From: an uncultured delta proteobacterium
GTDB taxonomy: Bacteria > Myxococcota_A > Polyangia > Polyangiales > Polyangiaceae
Direction of reading: 5' to 3'
NCBI GenBank assembly: GCA_963850305.1
Contig: CAWKKR010000006.1
Location: 205,269 to 269,268 of the forward strand
Length of the DNA: 64,000 bases
The position numbers and the translations under genes are program-made. Of this stretch, positions 19,870-31,609 are shown in pieces (position 1 is the first letter of the stretch; the number at the start of each line of letters is the position of its first letter). The notes below the pieces were generated by a model. The model was not told the origin of the DNA. It saw only the letters and a list, made by a program, of their open reading frames with translations, and did no database searches.

Positions 19870-20783
19870 ACGTACTTCTTCTCCCATTTCATCGGAGCAA
19901 AGTAGCGATCGCCACGATCGCAGGCGATCGTCACGACGCAACCTGGCTCTCCATTCGCGTGCAGACCCTCCGCGATCCGCACCGCGGCGAACACGTTCGC
20001 ACCGGTGGAGTGCCCGACGAACAGCCCCTCTTCGCTCGCGAGCCGATCCGTCATGTCCCAGCCCTCGTCCGTCGTCACGAAGCCGATTTCGTCGGGCACG
20101 TGAGGATCGTAAATCTCGGGGACGATGCTCGAAGCCAGGTGCTTCAGGCCCTCGAGGCCGTGTAGGGCTTCGGCGGGTTCGATCGAGACACAGTGGACGC
20201 GACGGTGGTGCTCGTGGAGGCGGCGCGTCGTCCCCATCATGGTGCCGCTCGTACCGAGTCCCGTGACGAAATGCGTGATCCGATCGCCGAGAGCGTCCAG
20301 GATCTCCACGCCGGTGCCGTGGTAGTGGGCGAGGGGATTCGATGGGTTCGAGTACTGATCGGGGTAGAAGTACTTCTCCGGATTCTTCGCGACGATCTCG
20401 CGCACGAGGCGGATCGCGCCGTCGGAGCCCTCCATCGGATCGCTGAAGATGAGCTCCGTGCCGAAGGCCTGGGCAATGTCCTTTCGCGCCTTGGTCACGT
20501 TTTTCGGCATCACGAGCTGCACGCGCATCCCGAGCGCGGCACCGATGAGGGAATACGCAACGCCGGTATTCCCGCTGGTCGAGTCAATCAGGATCTTCTG
20601 CGACGTCAACTGCCCGCGCTCGAGCGCGTCTTGCATCATCCGGAGAGCGGGTCGATCTTTTACCGATCCCCCGGGGTTAGCGAATTCGAGCTTCAGATAC
20701 ACCTCGACCGAAGGTGCGCTGCGGGCAATGTTCTCGAGACGCAGCAGCGGCGTGTTGCCGATCGCGTCGATCACCGACGACAT
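19863..20783 (-). CDS. cysM: Cysteine synthase B (CysO-dependent type by context)
   Basis: [34 protein letters not shown] and DRGDRY motifs. Confidence 0.88.
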   Translation of the reverse strand: MSSVIDAIGNTPLLRLENIARSAPSVEVYLKLEFANPGGSVKDRPALRMMQDALERGQLTSQKILIDSTSGNTGVAYSLIGAALGMRVQLVMPKNVTKARKDIAQAFGTELIFSDPMEGSDGAIRLVREIVAKNPEKYFYPDQYSNPSNPLAHYHGTGVEILDALGDRITHFVTGLGTSGTMMGTTRRLHEHHRRVHCVSIEPAEALHGLEGLKHLASSIVPEIYDPHVPDEIGFVTTDEGWDMTDRLASEEGLFVGHSTGANVFAAVRIAEGLHANGEPGCVVTIACDRGDRYFAPMKWEKKYVW

Positions 20784-20809
20784 GCGGCGCGAGCGAACGA
20801 ATCGCGGTT

Positions 20810-21100
20810 TCAATGCACGCCTAGCCTCAGTGTGTGCCGCAGGTGTCGGAGTGCATGCCAGGCGCCCGCCGCGATCTCGCGAGACGCCTGGAAGTGAAAC
20901 CGGCTCCCGTGCACGAACGCGTCCTCGCCACGGGCCGGTCGCAGTTCTGCTGCCGGCACGCCGGCACGCTCGAGATAGAGGAGCGCTATCAGGCCGCCTT
21001 CGGGATCGCGGAGGATCGCAGGGGTGCGTTCGATGCGTGCCTGGCCCTCGGCACCCACCTCAGGCAGACGGCGATGACGGTCGTACCGGTCGTCGTTCAT
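20810..21100 (-). CDS. Minimal catalytically dead ThiF/MoeB-like protein (96 aa)
   Basis: RYDRHRRLPEVGAEGQARI and LYLERAGV match the MoeB N-terminus; no GxGxxG, NLxRQ or CxxC; ATGA coupling to cysO. Confidence 0.72.
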   Translation of the reverse strand: MNDDRYDRHRRLPEVGAEGQARIERTPAILRDPEGGLIALLYLERAGVPAAELRPARGEDAFVHGSRFHFQASREIAAGAWHALRHLRHTLRLGVH

Positions 21101-21372
21101 CCGCCACCGGCGATCGCGGGCACGATGCTGATCTCTTCACCGCCTTTTAGCGCCGTCGCCAGTCCGTCGAGGAAGCGGATGTCCTCGTCGCCGACGTAGA
21201 TGTTCACGAAGCGTCGCACGCCCTTTTCGTCGAGTAACCTGTCGCGAACGCCGGGGTGCTTTTTCTCGAGATTGTCGATCGCCTGCTGGACGGTCGTCCC
21301 TTCGGTGGTGACCTGTTCTTCGCCTCCGGTGAGGGTTCGGAGGGGCGTCGGGATACGAATCGTGATGGCCAT
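21097..21372 (-). CDS. cysO: MoaD/ThiS-family sulfur carrier (CysO-like)
   Basis: IPTPLR..TGG, RRFVNIYV..EDIRFL.GL.T, C-terminal AIAGGG; AAGGAG RBS. Confidence 0.9.
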   Translation of the reverse strand: MAITIRIPTPLRTLTGGEEQVTTEGTTVQQAIDNLEKKHPGVRDRLLDEKGVRRFVNIYVGDEDIRFLDGLATALKGGEEISIVPAIAGGG

Positions 21373-21397
21373 TGGGCTGTCTCCTTGTTCGATCGAC

Positions 21398-22144
21398 TCA
21401 AGCGGCGCAGCTTGCGCCCGTGTACCTCGTCTCGTCGATGCCGAAAATGCGTGCGCGCGGGTCCGCAAAGCGGGCAGTTGCAGCGAGCGGTCACCGGAAC
21501 CTCCCGGAGCGGTCCGAGATCCCGTCGTAGGTGTGGATCGTTCCCGCGGCCGTCGAGATCATCGACCGCGATCCGGAGCGCGAGATCAGCCATCAGCGCG
21601 CCGGCGATGTCCGACGACGGGCGCCATCACGCCCGGCTCCCGCGCAGCTCGGCTGAGCCTCTCCGTCCGGCAGATCCTCGAACAGGCAACGGTAGCAGGG
21701 CTCGCCGCGTGCGCCGACGGCCCAGCGCCGTGGCGCGAAAGCGCACCGCCGACGCGTGCACCACCGGGCGCTCCTCGAGCCGGCACGCATCCGCCGTCAG
21801 AAACTTCGTTGCGAAATTGTCCGCGCCTTCGAGCACGACGTCGTACCGAGCGAACGAGCGCGCGAGCGTTCTCCGGCAGGAGCCGCGTCGCGAACGAGCT
21901 CGATGCGGGTCCCAGGAGACCGCCGGGCTAGTGCGCGTTCGCGCCGCCACCAGTTTCGGCTGCCCGACGTCGTCGTCGTCGAAGAGGATCTGCCGGTGCA
22001 GATTCGTGAGGTCGACGAGGTCGTCGTCGCACGAGCACGAGTCGCCCGACGCCCGCGCGCAGCGAGCGCGAGCGCCGCCGGGCAGCCGAGTCCGCCGATG
22101 CCGACGACGAGCACGCTCGTCGCCCGGAGCCGCGTCCGAATCAC
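21398..22144 (-). CDS. moeB: ThiF/MoeB-family adenylyltransferase (E1-like), multiple frameshifts
   Basis: Across frames: [45 protein letters not shown] and NCPLCG. Confidence 0.85.
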
Positions 22145-23108
22145 GAGCTGAAGTACTCATCGAGGCTGAAATAGCGCTCTCCGGTGTCGGCAGGCACGCG
22201 TGACGACGTTTTGCCCGGCCCGAGCTCGCGCGCCACCGTCCAGCGCCACGGCCATGGCCGCGCCGGAGCTGATGCCGACGAGCAGCCCTGCGTTCGCGAG
22301 CCAGACGGCGCGTCATTCGATAAGCAGTGTCGTCGGTGACCGTGCTTACTTCGTCGACGATGCTCGCATCGTAGTTGCGCGGGACGAACCCCGCCGCCGA
22401 GTCCCTGGATCTTCGTCGGCCCGCGTTCGTCGCGCGAGATCGTGGCGCACGACTCGGGCTCGACCGCGACGACGCGGCACGCGCGATTCGCTTCCTTCAA
22501 ACGTCGGCCGACCCCGCTCACCGTGCCGCCTGTGCCACGCCCGCGACGAACGCATCCACGCGAGATCCCCCATGGCATGGAGAATCTCGGGCGCCGGTCG
22601 TTTCGTAGTGGGCGGCCGGGTTCACGGGGTTGTCGAACTGCTGCGGCATGAAGACGTCGCTGCTCTCCTTCGCGATCTGCTCGGCCCGCTGGATGGCGCC
22701 GGCCATCTGATCCTCTTCCGGCGTGAGCACGACCTCCGCACCGAGCGCGCTGAGCAGAGCTGCGTCGCTCGAGGCTCATGCTTGCGGGCATCGTGAGAAC
22801 GCAGCTGTAGCCCCGCGCGCGCGGCGACGAGCGAAAGACCGATGCCCGTGTTGCCGCTCGTCGGTTCCAGCACGATCCCGCCCTTGCGCAGCTGTCCCAG
22901 TGCGTTCAGCCTCGTCGATCATCGCCAGGCAGATCCGGTCCTTGACCGAGCCGCCCGGGTTGAAAAACTCACCCTTGGCCCAGAGCGCCGCACGCGGCTC
23001 TTCCCGGTCCAGCTGGATCTCGAAGAGCGGCGTGTCACCAACGAGCTCGAGCAAGCTTCCGTAAACACACGGGTGATCGGGGAGGGGGGGCAATCGTGAC
23101 GTCGGCAT
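22141..23108 (-). CDS. cysK: Cysteine synthase A, multiple frameshifts
   Basis: Across frames: [50 protein letters not shown] and DTGERYFS. Confidence 0.85.
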
Positions 23109-23118
23109 CGGGGGCGCC

Positions 23119-23571
23119 TCAGATGACATAGACCTGCCGATTCGCCCCGGGGCGAGGGACGCCGAGCTCTTCTGCCCTTCCGCAGATGTCTGCGATCGTC
23201 ACCTTGTCGAAGCAGCGCTGGATCTCCCCCGACAGTTCGCGAAAGACGGCGTCCGTCACGCGTCGCGACGAGGACGTCCTGTCGGCTCCGGCGCCGTCCT
23301 CGGCCAGGGCGATCGGGCCCTCCAGGGCGCGAATCACATCTCCGACCCCGATGTGATTCGCCCCGCGGGCCAGGTTGTAGCCGCCTTGCGGACCTCGCTT
23401 CGACGCGACGATTCCCGCACGCTTCAGGTCCTGAAAGATCTGCTCCAGAAACCGTGGCGGGATGTTCTGACGCTCCGCGATGTCTTTCACCTGCGTGGGC
23501 TGGCCCTCGTTGTAAAAGGCGATGTCGAAGAGCGCTCGAACCGCATAACGGCCTTTCTTCGAGAGCTTCAC
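23119..23571 (-). CDS. Rrf2-family transcriptional regulator (CymR-like, lacks the IscR Cys triad)
   Basis: KLSKKGRYAVRAL, IAERQNIPPRFLEQI and SKRGPQGGY; heads the cys operon. Confidence 0.9.
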   Translation of the reverse strand: MKLSKKGRYAVRALFDIAFYNEGQPTQVKDIAERQNIPPRFLEQIFQDLKRAGIVASKRGPQGGYNLARGANHIGVGDVIRALEGPIALAEDGAGADRTSSSRRVTDAVFRELSGEIQRCFDKVTIADICGRAEELGVPRPGANRQVYVI

Positions 23572-23632
23572 GTCCTCGGGTATGCATTTCCACATCGGAA
23601 ATGTCAAGAACAGGCCCTCTCGGCCCGTGGCT

Positions 23633-25393
<1,761 letters not shown>

Positions 25394-25556
25394 CCTGGCT
25401 CGCGACCGTCGGGGCGGCCCCCGGGGTCCGCGACCGTACGGGACGGCCGCGGGACGGTCAACTGCTCTGCCCCGCGTTTCCACGAGCATCCAGGGAACCC
25501 CCAAAAAACACGGCAAGCTGCCCGTGCCCCGCCGATGTAGTACACCCGGGGCGAGC

Positions 25557-26987
25557 ATGGCGCGGTTTCATATCGTCACCTTCGGGTGCCAGATGAATCA
25601 GCACGACTCCGAGCGGCTGACCGAGGTCATGCGCTCCGCGGGCCACGAACAGGCGAGTGGGCTCGAGCACGCGGACATCGTTCTTCTCAACACGTGCAGC
25701 GTGCGCGAGAAAGCCGAGCACAAGCTGAGAAGCGAGGTCGGACGTCTATCGCTCCTGAAGCACGAGCGTCCGGGGCTCGTCATCGGCGTTGCGGGATGCG
25801 TAGCGCAGCAGGAGGGGGCGCGGCTTCTCGGCGGAATGCCGCACGTCAATCTCGTCGTCGGCCCGGACAACATCGCGGAACTTCCGGCCTTGCTCATGGA
25901 TGCCGAACCGGGAGTGCCACGGGTCCGCACCGAGTTCGACCTCGCCGCGCCGAAGTTTCTCCAGGCGGCGCCGGAACCGGGCAGAGCCGGGCCGACCGCT
26001 TACGTCACGGTGATGAAAGGATGCAACGAGCGCTGTTCGTTCTGCATCGTACCGACCACGCGCGGGCCGGAGCGGTACCGCGGCTCGAGCGAGATCCTCG
26101 CCGAGGTGCGCCGTCTCGTCGCGGCCGGCGTGCGCGAGGTCACGCTCCTCGGTCAGACCGTGAACAGCTATCGCGACCCCGAGCATGCGCTTCCGGTCGC
26201 GCCGCTCGCGGGGGAAGACGCGCGGCGGCGACGAAAGATCGCTCCCGAGGACGAGACCGAATTTCCTGCGCTCCTCCGCGCGATCGCGCGGGCGGAACCT
26301 GGACTTCTCCGGCTCCGGTACACGAGCCCGCATCCGCGCCATCTCACCCCCGCGCTCGTCCGCGCGCACGCCGAGCTTCCCGTGCTCGCACGCCACGTGC
26401 ACATGCCGGTCCAGTCCGGCAGCGACCGCGTCTTGAAGCGGATGATTCGCCGCTATTCGGTCGAAGAATACGTCGAGCGCGTCGGCTTGCTCCTGGAAGA
26501 GCTGCCGGCGCTGACCCTGTCGACCGACGTGATCGTCGGATTCCCAGGTGAAACCGATGGAGACTTTGCAGCCACGCTCGCATTGGTCGAGCGCGTGGGG
26601 TTCGTCAACGTCTTCGGTTTCAAGTATTCGGTGCGTCCTTACACGCCCGCGCTCAAGCTGGGCGATGACGTCCCCGAGTCGGAGAAAGCGACGCGTCTTG
26701 CCGCACTCTTTCGTCTCGCGGAAGCTCAGAAGCTCCGGCATCTCGAGAGCCTCGTCGGGTCTCGCGCGTGCGTGCTCGTCGAGGGGCGCGGCAAGAACGA
26801 CCTTTACACGGGCCGGACGGAGAGAAACGAGATCGTGCATCTCGGCTCGGACTCGGATCCCACCGGGCATATGTTGGACGTCGTGATTCGTCGCGCCTTC
26901 AAGAATTCGCTCGAGGCCGAACCCCTCTCCGAGCGGCGCCACGCGCCTCGCGCGAGCATTGAGCGGCGTTCGCTGCCGGTCGTCTGA
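25557..26987 (+). CDS. miaB: tRNA-i6A37 methylthiotransferase
   Basis: TFGCQMN, NTCSVREKAE, GCVAQQEG, CNERCSFC, LLGQTVNSY and a TRAM domain. Confidence 0.95.
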   Translation: MARFHIVTFGCQMNQHDSERLTEVMRSAGHEQASGLEHADIVLLNTCSVREKAEHKLRSEVGRLSLLKHERPGLVIGVAGCVAQQEGARLLGGMPHVNLVVGPDNIAELPALLMDAEPGVPRVRTEFDLAAPKFLQAAPEPGRAGPTAYVTVMKGCNERCSFCIVPTTRGPERYRGSSEILAEVRRLVAAGVREVTLLGQTVNSYRDPEHALPVAPLAGEDARRRRKIAPEDETEFPALLRAIARAEPGLLRLRYTSPHPRHLTPALVRAHAELPVLARHVHMPVQSGSDRVLKRMIRRYSVEEYVERVGLLLEELPALTLSTDVIVGFPGETDGDFAATLALVERVGFVNVFGFKYSVRPYTPALKLGDDVPESEKATRLAALFRLAEAQKLRHLESLVGSRACVLVEGRGKNDLYTGRTERNEIVHLGSDSDPTGHMLDVVIRRAFKNSLEAEPLSERRHAPRASIERRSLPVV

Positions 26988-27499
26988 TGCCGCTCATCAA
27001 GCCTTATCAGGGAAAGTGGCCCGAGATCGCGGAGGATGCCTTCATCGCCGAGAACGCGACGATCATCGGCGACGTCACGGTCGGCCCCGGCGCGAGCGTC
27101 TGGTACGGGGTGGTCCTCCGGGGCGACGTCGGTTACATCCACATCGGTGCGGGGACGAACGTGCAGGACCTCGCCTGCGTGCACACGACCGGCGGCGTCT
27201 CGAACGCGGACATCGGGGAGTACGTCACCATCGGACACGGCGCCATCATCCATGGCGCCAGGATCGGGGACGGTTGCCTCGTCGGGATGGGCTCGATCAT
27301 CCTCGATAACGCGGACATCGGAGTCGAATCGCTCGTTGCCGCTGGCAGCGTCGTGACGCCGCGGACCGTCGTTCCCGCCCGTTCACTGGTCCGGGGTCAG
27401 CCCGGCAAGGTCGCGCGGGAGCTCGGGGAGGGGGAGTGGATGCAGGGACGCGCCAGCGCTCATTACTATGTGGAACTCGCGCGTGCGCATCGCGTATGA
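26987..27499 (+). CDS. Gamma carbonic anhydrase family protein
   Basis: Hexapeptide repeats, LRGD, NVQD..VH and GH..IIHG. Confidence 0.92.
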   Translation: MPLIKPYQGKWPEIAEDAFIAENATIIGDVTVGPGASVWYGVVLRGDVGYIHIGAGTNVQDLACVHTTGGVSNADIGEYVTIGHGAIIHGARIGDGCLVGMGSIILDNADIGVESLVAAGSVVTPRTVVPARSLVRGQPGKVARELGEGEWMQGRASAHYYVELARAHRV

Positions 27500-27507
27500 G
27501 AACGGAA

Positions 27508-27708
27508 TCAGCCCCCGCCGACGAAATGGACGATCTCCAGCACGTCACCCAGCATCAGAGCCGTGGTGGCGTGGGTTGCGCGCGGGACGACTTCGCGATT
27601 GCGCTCCACCGCCACGGGCCCGTCCGTGAGCTTCAGATGTTCCACGAGTCCGCGGACCGTCAGGCCGTCGGGAATGTCGAGGTCCTCGCCGTTCACCGTC
27701 ACTCGCAT
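27508..27708 (-). CDS. thiS: Sulfur carrier ThiS
   Basis: VTVNGE, VAVERN.EVVP and EIVHFVGGG. Confidence 0.92.
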   Translation of the reverse strand: MRVTVNGEDLDIPDGLTVRGLVEHLKLTDGPVAVERNREVVPRATHATTALMLGDVLEIVHFVGGG

Positions 27709-27761
27709 GGCTCCCGGAGCGTAGCACCCTGCCTCTCTTTCCGGTGTTAGAGCTGCGCCAG

Positions 27762-29609
27762 ATGTCTTCCGGCAATGCCCGGCCGTGGGCACGCACGTCC
27801 CTGGATCGGCTCCTGTCGATCGCAACGTGCGCGCTCGTCTGCGCGTGCGGTCGAGCGCACGGGGCCGAGGTGAGTCCGGCGGCCACCGGCACGGCGGCAA
27901 CGAGCCCGAGCGCGCTGCCGTCCGTAGCTCCGTCGTCGAGCGCTTCGGCCGTGACCACGAGTGACGGCGCGTTCGTCGCGGCCACCGTCATCGCCGCGAC
28001 GATCTACAAGCTGCCGGAAATCGGCTCGAGGAAGCTCGGTTACATCCGTCTCGGCCGGCGCGTGAAGCGCGACGCGGAGCCTGTCGACGGCAAGGGCTGC
28101 AAGGGCAACTTCTATCACGTCTATCCCACCGGCTACGTGTGCACGGAGGAAGTGACCACGAACATGGACGATCCGCTCGTTCGAGCCGCGGGACCCGGGC
28201 CGGATCTATCGAAGCCCATGCCGTATCACTACGGCTTCGTGCGCGCGACCGCGCCGCTCTACCTGCGCGTCCCGACGCACGCCGAGCAGCTGAAGAGCGA
28301 GATGGAGCTCGAAGAGCACCTCAAGTGGTACGAGGACAACAAGTACGACGTCCAGCGCGTCGAACTCGGCGCGAACGACGTCCCCCTGGATCCCAGAGGC
28401 TTTCCGCGCATCGGCGGCACGCTACCCCCGGGACAGAAGCTCTCCTCGATGCTCAGCCTGGACGAGCTCTTCGGCGGAAGAACGGACGAGCCCGTCCCGT
28501 GGTGGCTCGAGGGCGGACGGCGCGTCAAGAACGTCTCTGGTTACGACGCTCCCGAGTACGCGGTCTTCGCTGACCGCGTCCGGAGAAAGACGGGGCTCTC
28601 GTTCATCGACGGCTTCGTCGCGAAGGACGGAGATTTCGAGCGACGGTTCGCCGTCACCGTGGATCTCCGGCTCGTTCCGGCGACGAAGGTGAAGCCGGAC
28701 ATGGCGTCGATGTTCCACGGCGTGGAGATCACCGATCGGTTGACGATGCCCTTCGCGTTCGTGAATCAACGCGGCGTCAGCACGTGGAAGTTGCTCAAGG
28801 GCGAGGACGTAGCCAAACCCGTGGACGCGATCCCCGAGCGTGCGATCGTGCCGTTGAGCGGCAGGGCGCGCATCAAGGAAGGAAAGCGATTCTACCAGAC
28901 TCGCGGCGACCCCACGCGCTGGCTCCGTGCAGAAGAACTCGGCATCGTGTCGCCGCCGCCGGCGTGGCCCGACGCGGCCGAGAAGGGCCAGAAGTGGATC
29001 GATGTCTCGCTCGTCCAGCAGACCCTCGTCCTCTACGAAGGCAAGCGGGCCATCTACGCGACGCTCGTGTCGACGGGGCAAGACCGTCTCGGCGATCCGA
29101 AGACCAGCAAAGCAACCCCGCGGGGTGAGTTTCATATCCGCAGCAAGCACGTCTCGGCGATGATGGATTCGGAAGAGCACGGCGCCTTCGGCGGCGCTCG
29201 TGAGGGAGGGCACGCTCCCAGGCTGACCGAAGACGCGGCCGCGACCGTGGAACGCCTGGAGGACGCCGAGAAGAACGGCGAACACCTGAGTGAGGACGAC
29301 CAGCGACGGCTCGAGAACATAAAGAAGGGCCGCCATCCCGAGTACGGCATCACGATGCGTCGAGGCTCACAGAACTTCGAGCTACGGGACGTGCCCTGGA
29401 TCGAATACTTCGCGTCCGGGTACGCCATTCACGGCGCGTACTGGCACGACGTCTTCGGCATCCCGCGCAGCCACGGCTGTATCAACCTGAGCCCCATCGA
29501 CGCGCGCCTCGTCTTCAAGTGGACCGATCCCCCGCTCCCCGACGGCTGGCAAGGCGTGAATGCCGCACCCGAGACGGGCGAGGGGACCACCGTCATCGTG
29601 CGGGAGTGA
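27762..29609 (+). CDS. L,D-transpeptidase (YkuD) family protein
   Basis: [23 protein letters not shown] and [19 protein letters not shown]. Confidence 0.88.
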   Translation: MSSGNARPWARTSLDRLLSIATCALVCACGRAHGAEVSPAATGTAATSPSALPSVAPSSSASAVTTSDGAFVAATVIAATIYKLPEIGSRKLGYIRLGRRVKRDAEPVDGKGCKGNFYHVYPTGYVCTEEVTTNMDDPLVRAAGPGPDLSKPMPYHYGFVRATAPLYLRVPTHAEQLKSEMELEEHLKWYEDNKYDVQRVELGANDVPLDPRGFPRIGGTLPPGQKLSSMLSLDELFGGRTDEPVPWWLEGGRRVKNVSGYDAPEYAVFADRVRRKTGLSFIDGFVAKDGDFERRFAVTVDLRLVPATKVKPDMASMFHGVEITDRLTMPFAFVNQRGVSTWKLLKGEDVAKPVDAIPERAIVPLSGRARIKEGKRFYQTRGDPTRWLRAEELGIVSPPPAWPDAAEKGQKWIDVSLVQQTLVLYEGKRAIYATLVSTGQDRLGDPKTSKATPRGEFHIRSKHVSAMMDSEEHGAFGGAREGGHAPRLTEDAAATVERLEDAEKNGEHLSEDDQRRLENIKKGRHPEYGITMRRGSQNFELRDVPWIEYFASGYAIHGAYWHDVFGIPRSHGCINLSPIDARLVFKWTDPPLPDGWQGVNAAPETGEGTTVIVRE

Positions 29610-29612
29610 GCG

Positions 29613-30662
29613 TCACGGATAGCCCCCGACGTCCTCGAGCGACAATCGCTCGTCGAGGCCGAGCATCAGATTCATGTTCTGGATGGCCTGACCGGCGCCG
29701 CCCTTCACGAGATTGTCCGCTGCGCCGAAGCAAGTCACGAGCCGCGTGTCGCCCTCGGTGTCACCGAGGACCGCGCCGACCTCGGCGTAGTTCGACCCGG
29801 ACACCGCCACGACTTCAGGTAGTCGTGCCGCGGGCACCCGGACGAAGGGCTCGCCGGCGTAGTGCTCGCGAAATGTCCGCTCGAGCTCTGCGCGCGTGAC
29901 GCTCGCCGGGATACGGGCGAAGGCCGTCGCGAAGATGCCGCGCGTGAGCGGCGCCGACACCGGCACGAAATGAACCTTGACAGCTTTCCCCGCTGCGGCT
30001 CCGAGCGTCGCTTCGATCTCGGGCACGTGCTGGTGCTCGAGGGGCCGGTACGTCCGGAGATTCTGCGCGCGCACCGGATGATGCGTCGTCGCACTCGGCG
30101 TCACTCCGCTCCCGCTCGAGCCCGTGACGCCGACCACGTCCAGCGCGCCCCGGAGCCACCCCGCGCGGGCCAGCGGCAGGACAGCGAGCTCGATCGCAGT
30201 CGCAAAACAGCCTGGCGACGCGACGAGCCGGCTCGAACGAATGCGCTCGCGGTTCAGCTCCGGCAATCCGTACACGAAGGACTCCACGAGCTCGGGCCGC
30301 GGATGGGGTCCGCCGTAATAGCGTGCGTACGCCGCGAGATCGCGGATGCGGAACGCACCCGACATGTCGATGATCCTCGCGTTCGTGCCGGCGAGCGCAT
30401 CGACAACCTCCACGCTCGCCTGGTGCGGAAGCCCGAGCAGCACGACGTCCGCGTCGCGGACTGCCTCGGCTGCCGGGAGATCTTCGAAGGAGAGAGGGGT
30501 GCGCCCTTCAAGATGCGGGTGCACGCTCGACAGAGGCTCCCCCACATGATCGAGCGAGCAGACCCGGACGAGCTCCACTTCGGGGTGAAGGAGCAACCGC
30601 CGCACGAGCTCGGCGCCCGCGAACCCAGAGCCCCCGTAAATGACGGCACGAAAGCGCTTCAT
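29613..30662 (-). CDS. argC: N-acetyl-gamma-glutamyl-phosphate reductase
   Basis: GGSGFAG, YGLPEL, SPGCFAT and DNLVKGGAGQAIQNMN. Confidence 0.95.
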   Translation of the reverse strand: MKRFRAVIYGGSGFAGAELVRRLLLHPEVELVRVCSLDHVGEPLSSVHPHLEGRTPLSFEDLPAAEAVRDADVVLLGLPHQASVEVVDALAGTNARIIDMSGAFRIRDLAAYARYYGGPHPRPELVESFVYGLPELNRERIRSSRLVASPGCFATAIELAVLPLARAGWLRGALDVVGVTGSSGSGVTPSATTHHPVRAQNLRTYRPLEHQHVPEIEATLGAAAGKAVKVHFVPVSAPLTRGIFATAFARIPASVTRAELERTFREHYAGEPFVRVPAARLPEVVAVSGSNYAEVGAVLGDTEGDTRLVTCFGAADNLVKGGAGQAIQNMNLMLGLDERLSLEDVGGYP

Positions 30663-30719
30663 CGATGGTCATTGTGCCGCCGTCGCGCACCCCGTGCACG
30701 ACGCGCCACGACGAATCCG

Positions 30720-31571
30720 TCAGGGCACGAGCCGCACGAGAAACCGTGCGTCGAGATCGACGTCCCGCGTGCCCGCGTCCCCGACGATCTGGCCGGCGAT
30801 GCTGATCTCCAGCGTGTAATCACCCGGAGGAAACGGCGCACCCTCGGGATTGGTGGTGTCTGAAGGACCATCCCAATTGCGTCCATCCCACCCGATGGGT
30901 ATCGAGGGCCAGCTCTGCGCGTACACGCCCTTCGTCAGGGTGATGGGCTTGCAGGTGTCGTTGCCGGTCAGGTACGAGAACCCGCCGTCTCCCAGCGGAC
31001 AGAAGGCCGGCGGATCTCCCTCATCACAGAGGCAATAGCGCTGGGTCCCACCCTGGATCACGGTCGCGACCTGTAGGCCGACGACCGTGGCGCCCGGCAC
31101 AAACACGACTCCCGAACTCGAAACGCGGGACATGTAGCCCGGGACGTCTTCGTCGATCACGACGTCGTAGGAAAAGCGGATCCCGGCGCTGGCTTCCGCT
31201 TGCGTGAACGCGCACGGCTGGCTCGGAAACTCGACGTGCACGTGCGGGATCGTGGACGTGTTCGAGAGGACGCAATTCGCTGGTTGTTCTGGAGGAGGCT
31301 CGTTCACGGGCTGCGAGTCCGGCTCGGTGAAACTGGCGTCGTGGCTGGCGTCCTTCCCCGAGTCGGAGTTCGCAGTCGCGCCCGCGCACGTTCCGGTTTC
31401 ACAGCGGCCGCTGTCGCAGTCTGCGTTCGTCTTGCAGTGCGCGAAATGGGACTCGCTTCCGGACCCCGTCGACGTGCTCGCGCACGCGGAAGCCATCGCG
31501 CCGAGCAGGGCGATGAGAAGGATTCGCAGTGACCTCTTAGAAGCTATGTTCGTCATCTCGCTCGGCGTCAT
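30720..31571 (-). CDS. Hypothetical Cys-rich lipoprotein
   Basis: Hydrophobic signal ending ASAC; CKTNADCDSGRCETGTC; WDGRNWDGPSD..PPGDY. Confidence 0.7.
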   Translation of the reverse strand: MTPSEMTNIASKRSLRILLIALLGAMASACASTSTGSGSESHFAHCKTNADCDSGRCETGTCAGATANSDSGKDASHDASFTEPDSQPVNEPPPEQPANCVLSNTSTIPHVHVEFPSQPCAFTQAEASAGIRFSYDVVIDEDVPGYMSRVSSSGVVFVPGATVVGLQVATVIQGGTQRYCLCDEGDPPAFCPLGDGGFSYLTGNDTCKPITLTKGVYAQSWPSIPIGWDGRNWDGPSDTTNPEGAPFPPGDYTLEISIAGQIVGDAGTRDVDLDARFLVRLVP

Positions 31572-31609
31572 GACGGCTCGACTCCGAGTCGCGGCCGCCT
31601 AAAGGTCCG

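Noticed and set aside
21097..21110. CysO ending in GGG rather than GG
   Set aside because: Still a terminal Gly-Gly; ThiS in this window ends the same way
19351..22144. Ubl + E1 + JAMM as an antiphage ubiquitin-like conjugation system
   Set aside because: No E2 or CD-NTase; two cysteine synthases and an Rrf2 regulator point to sulfur relay
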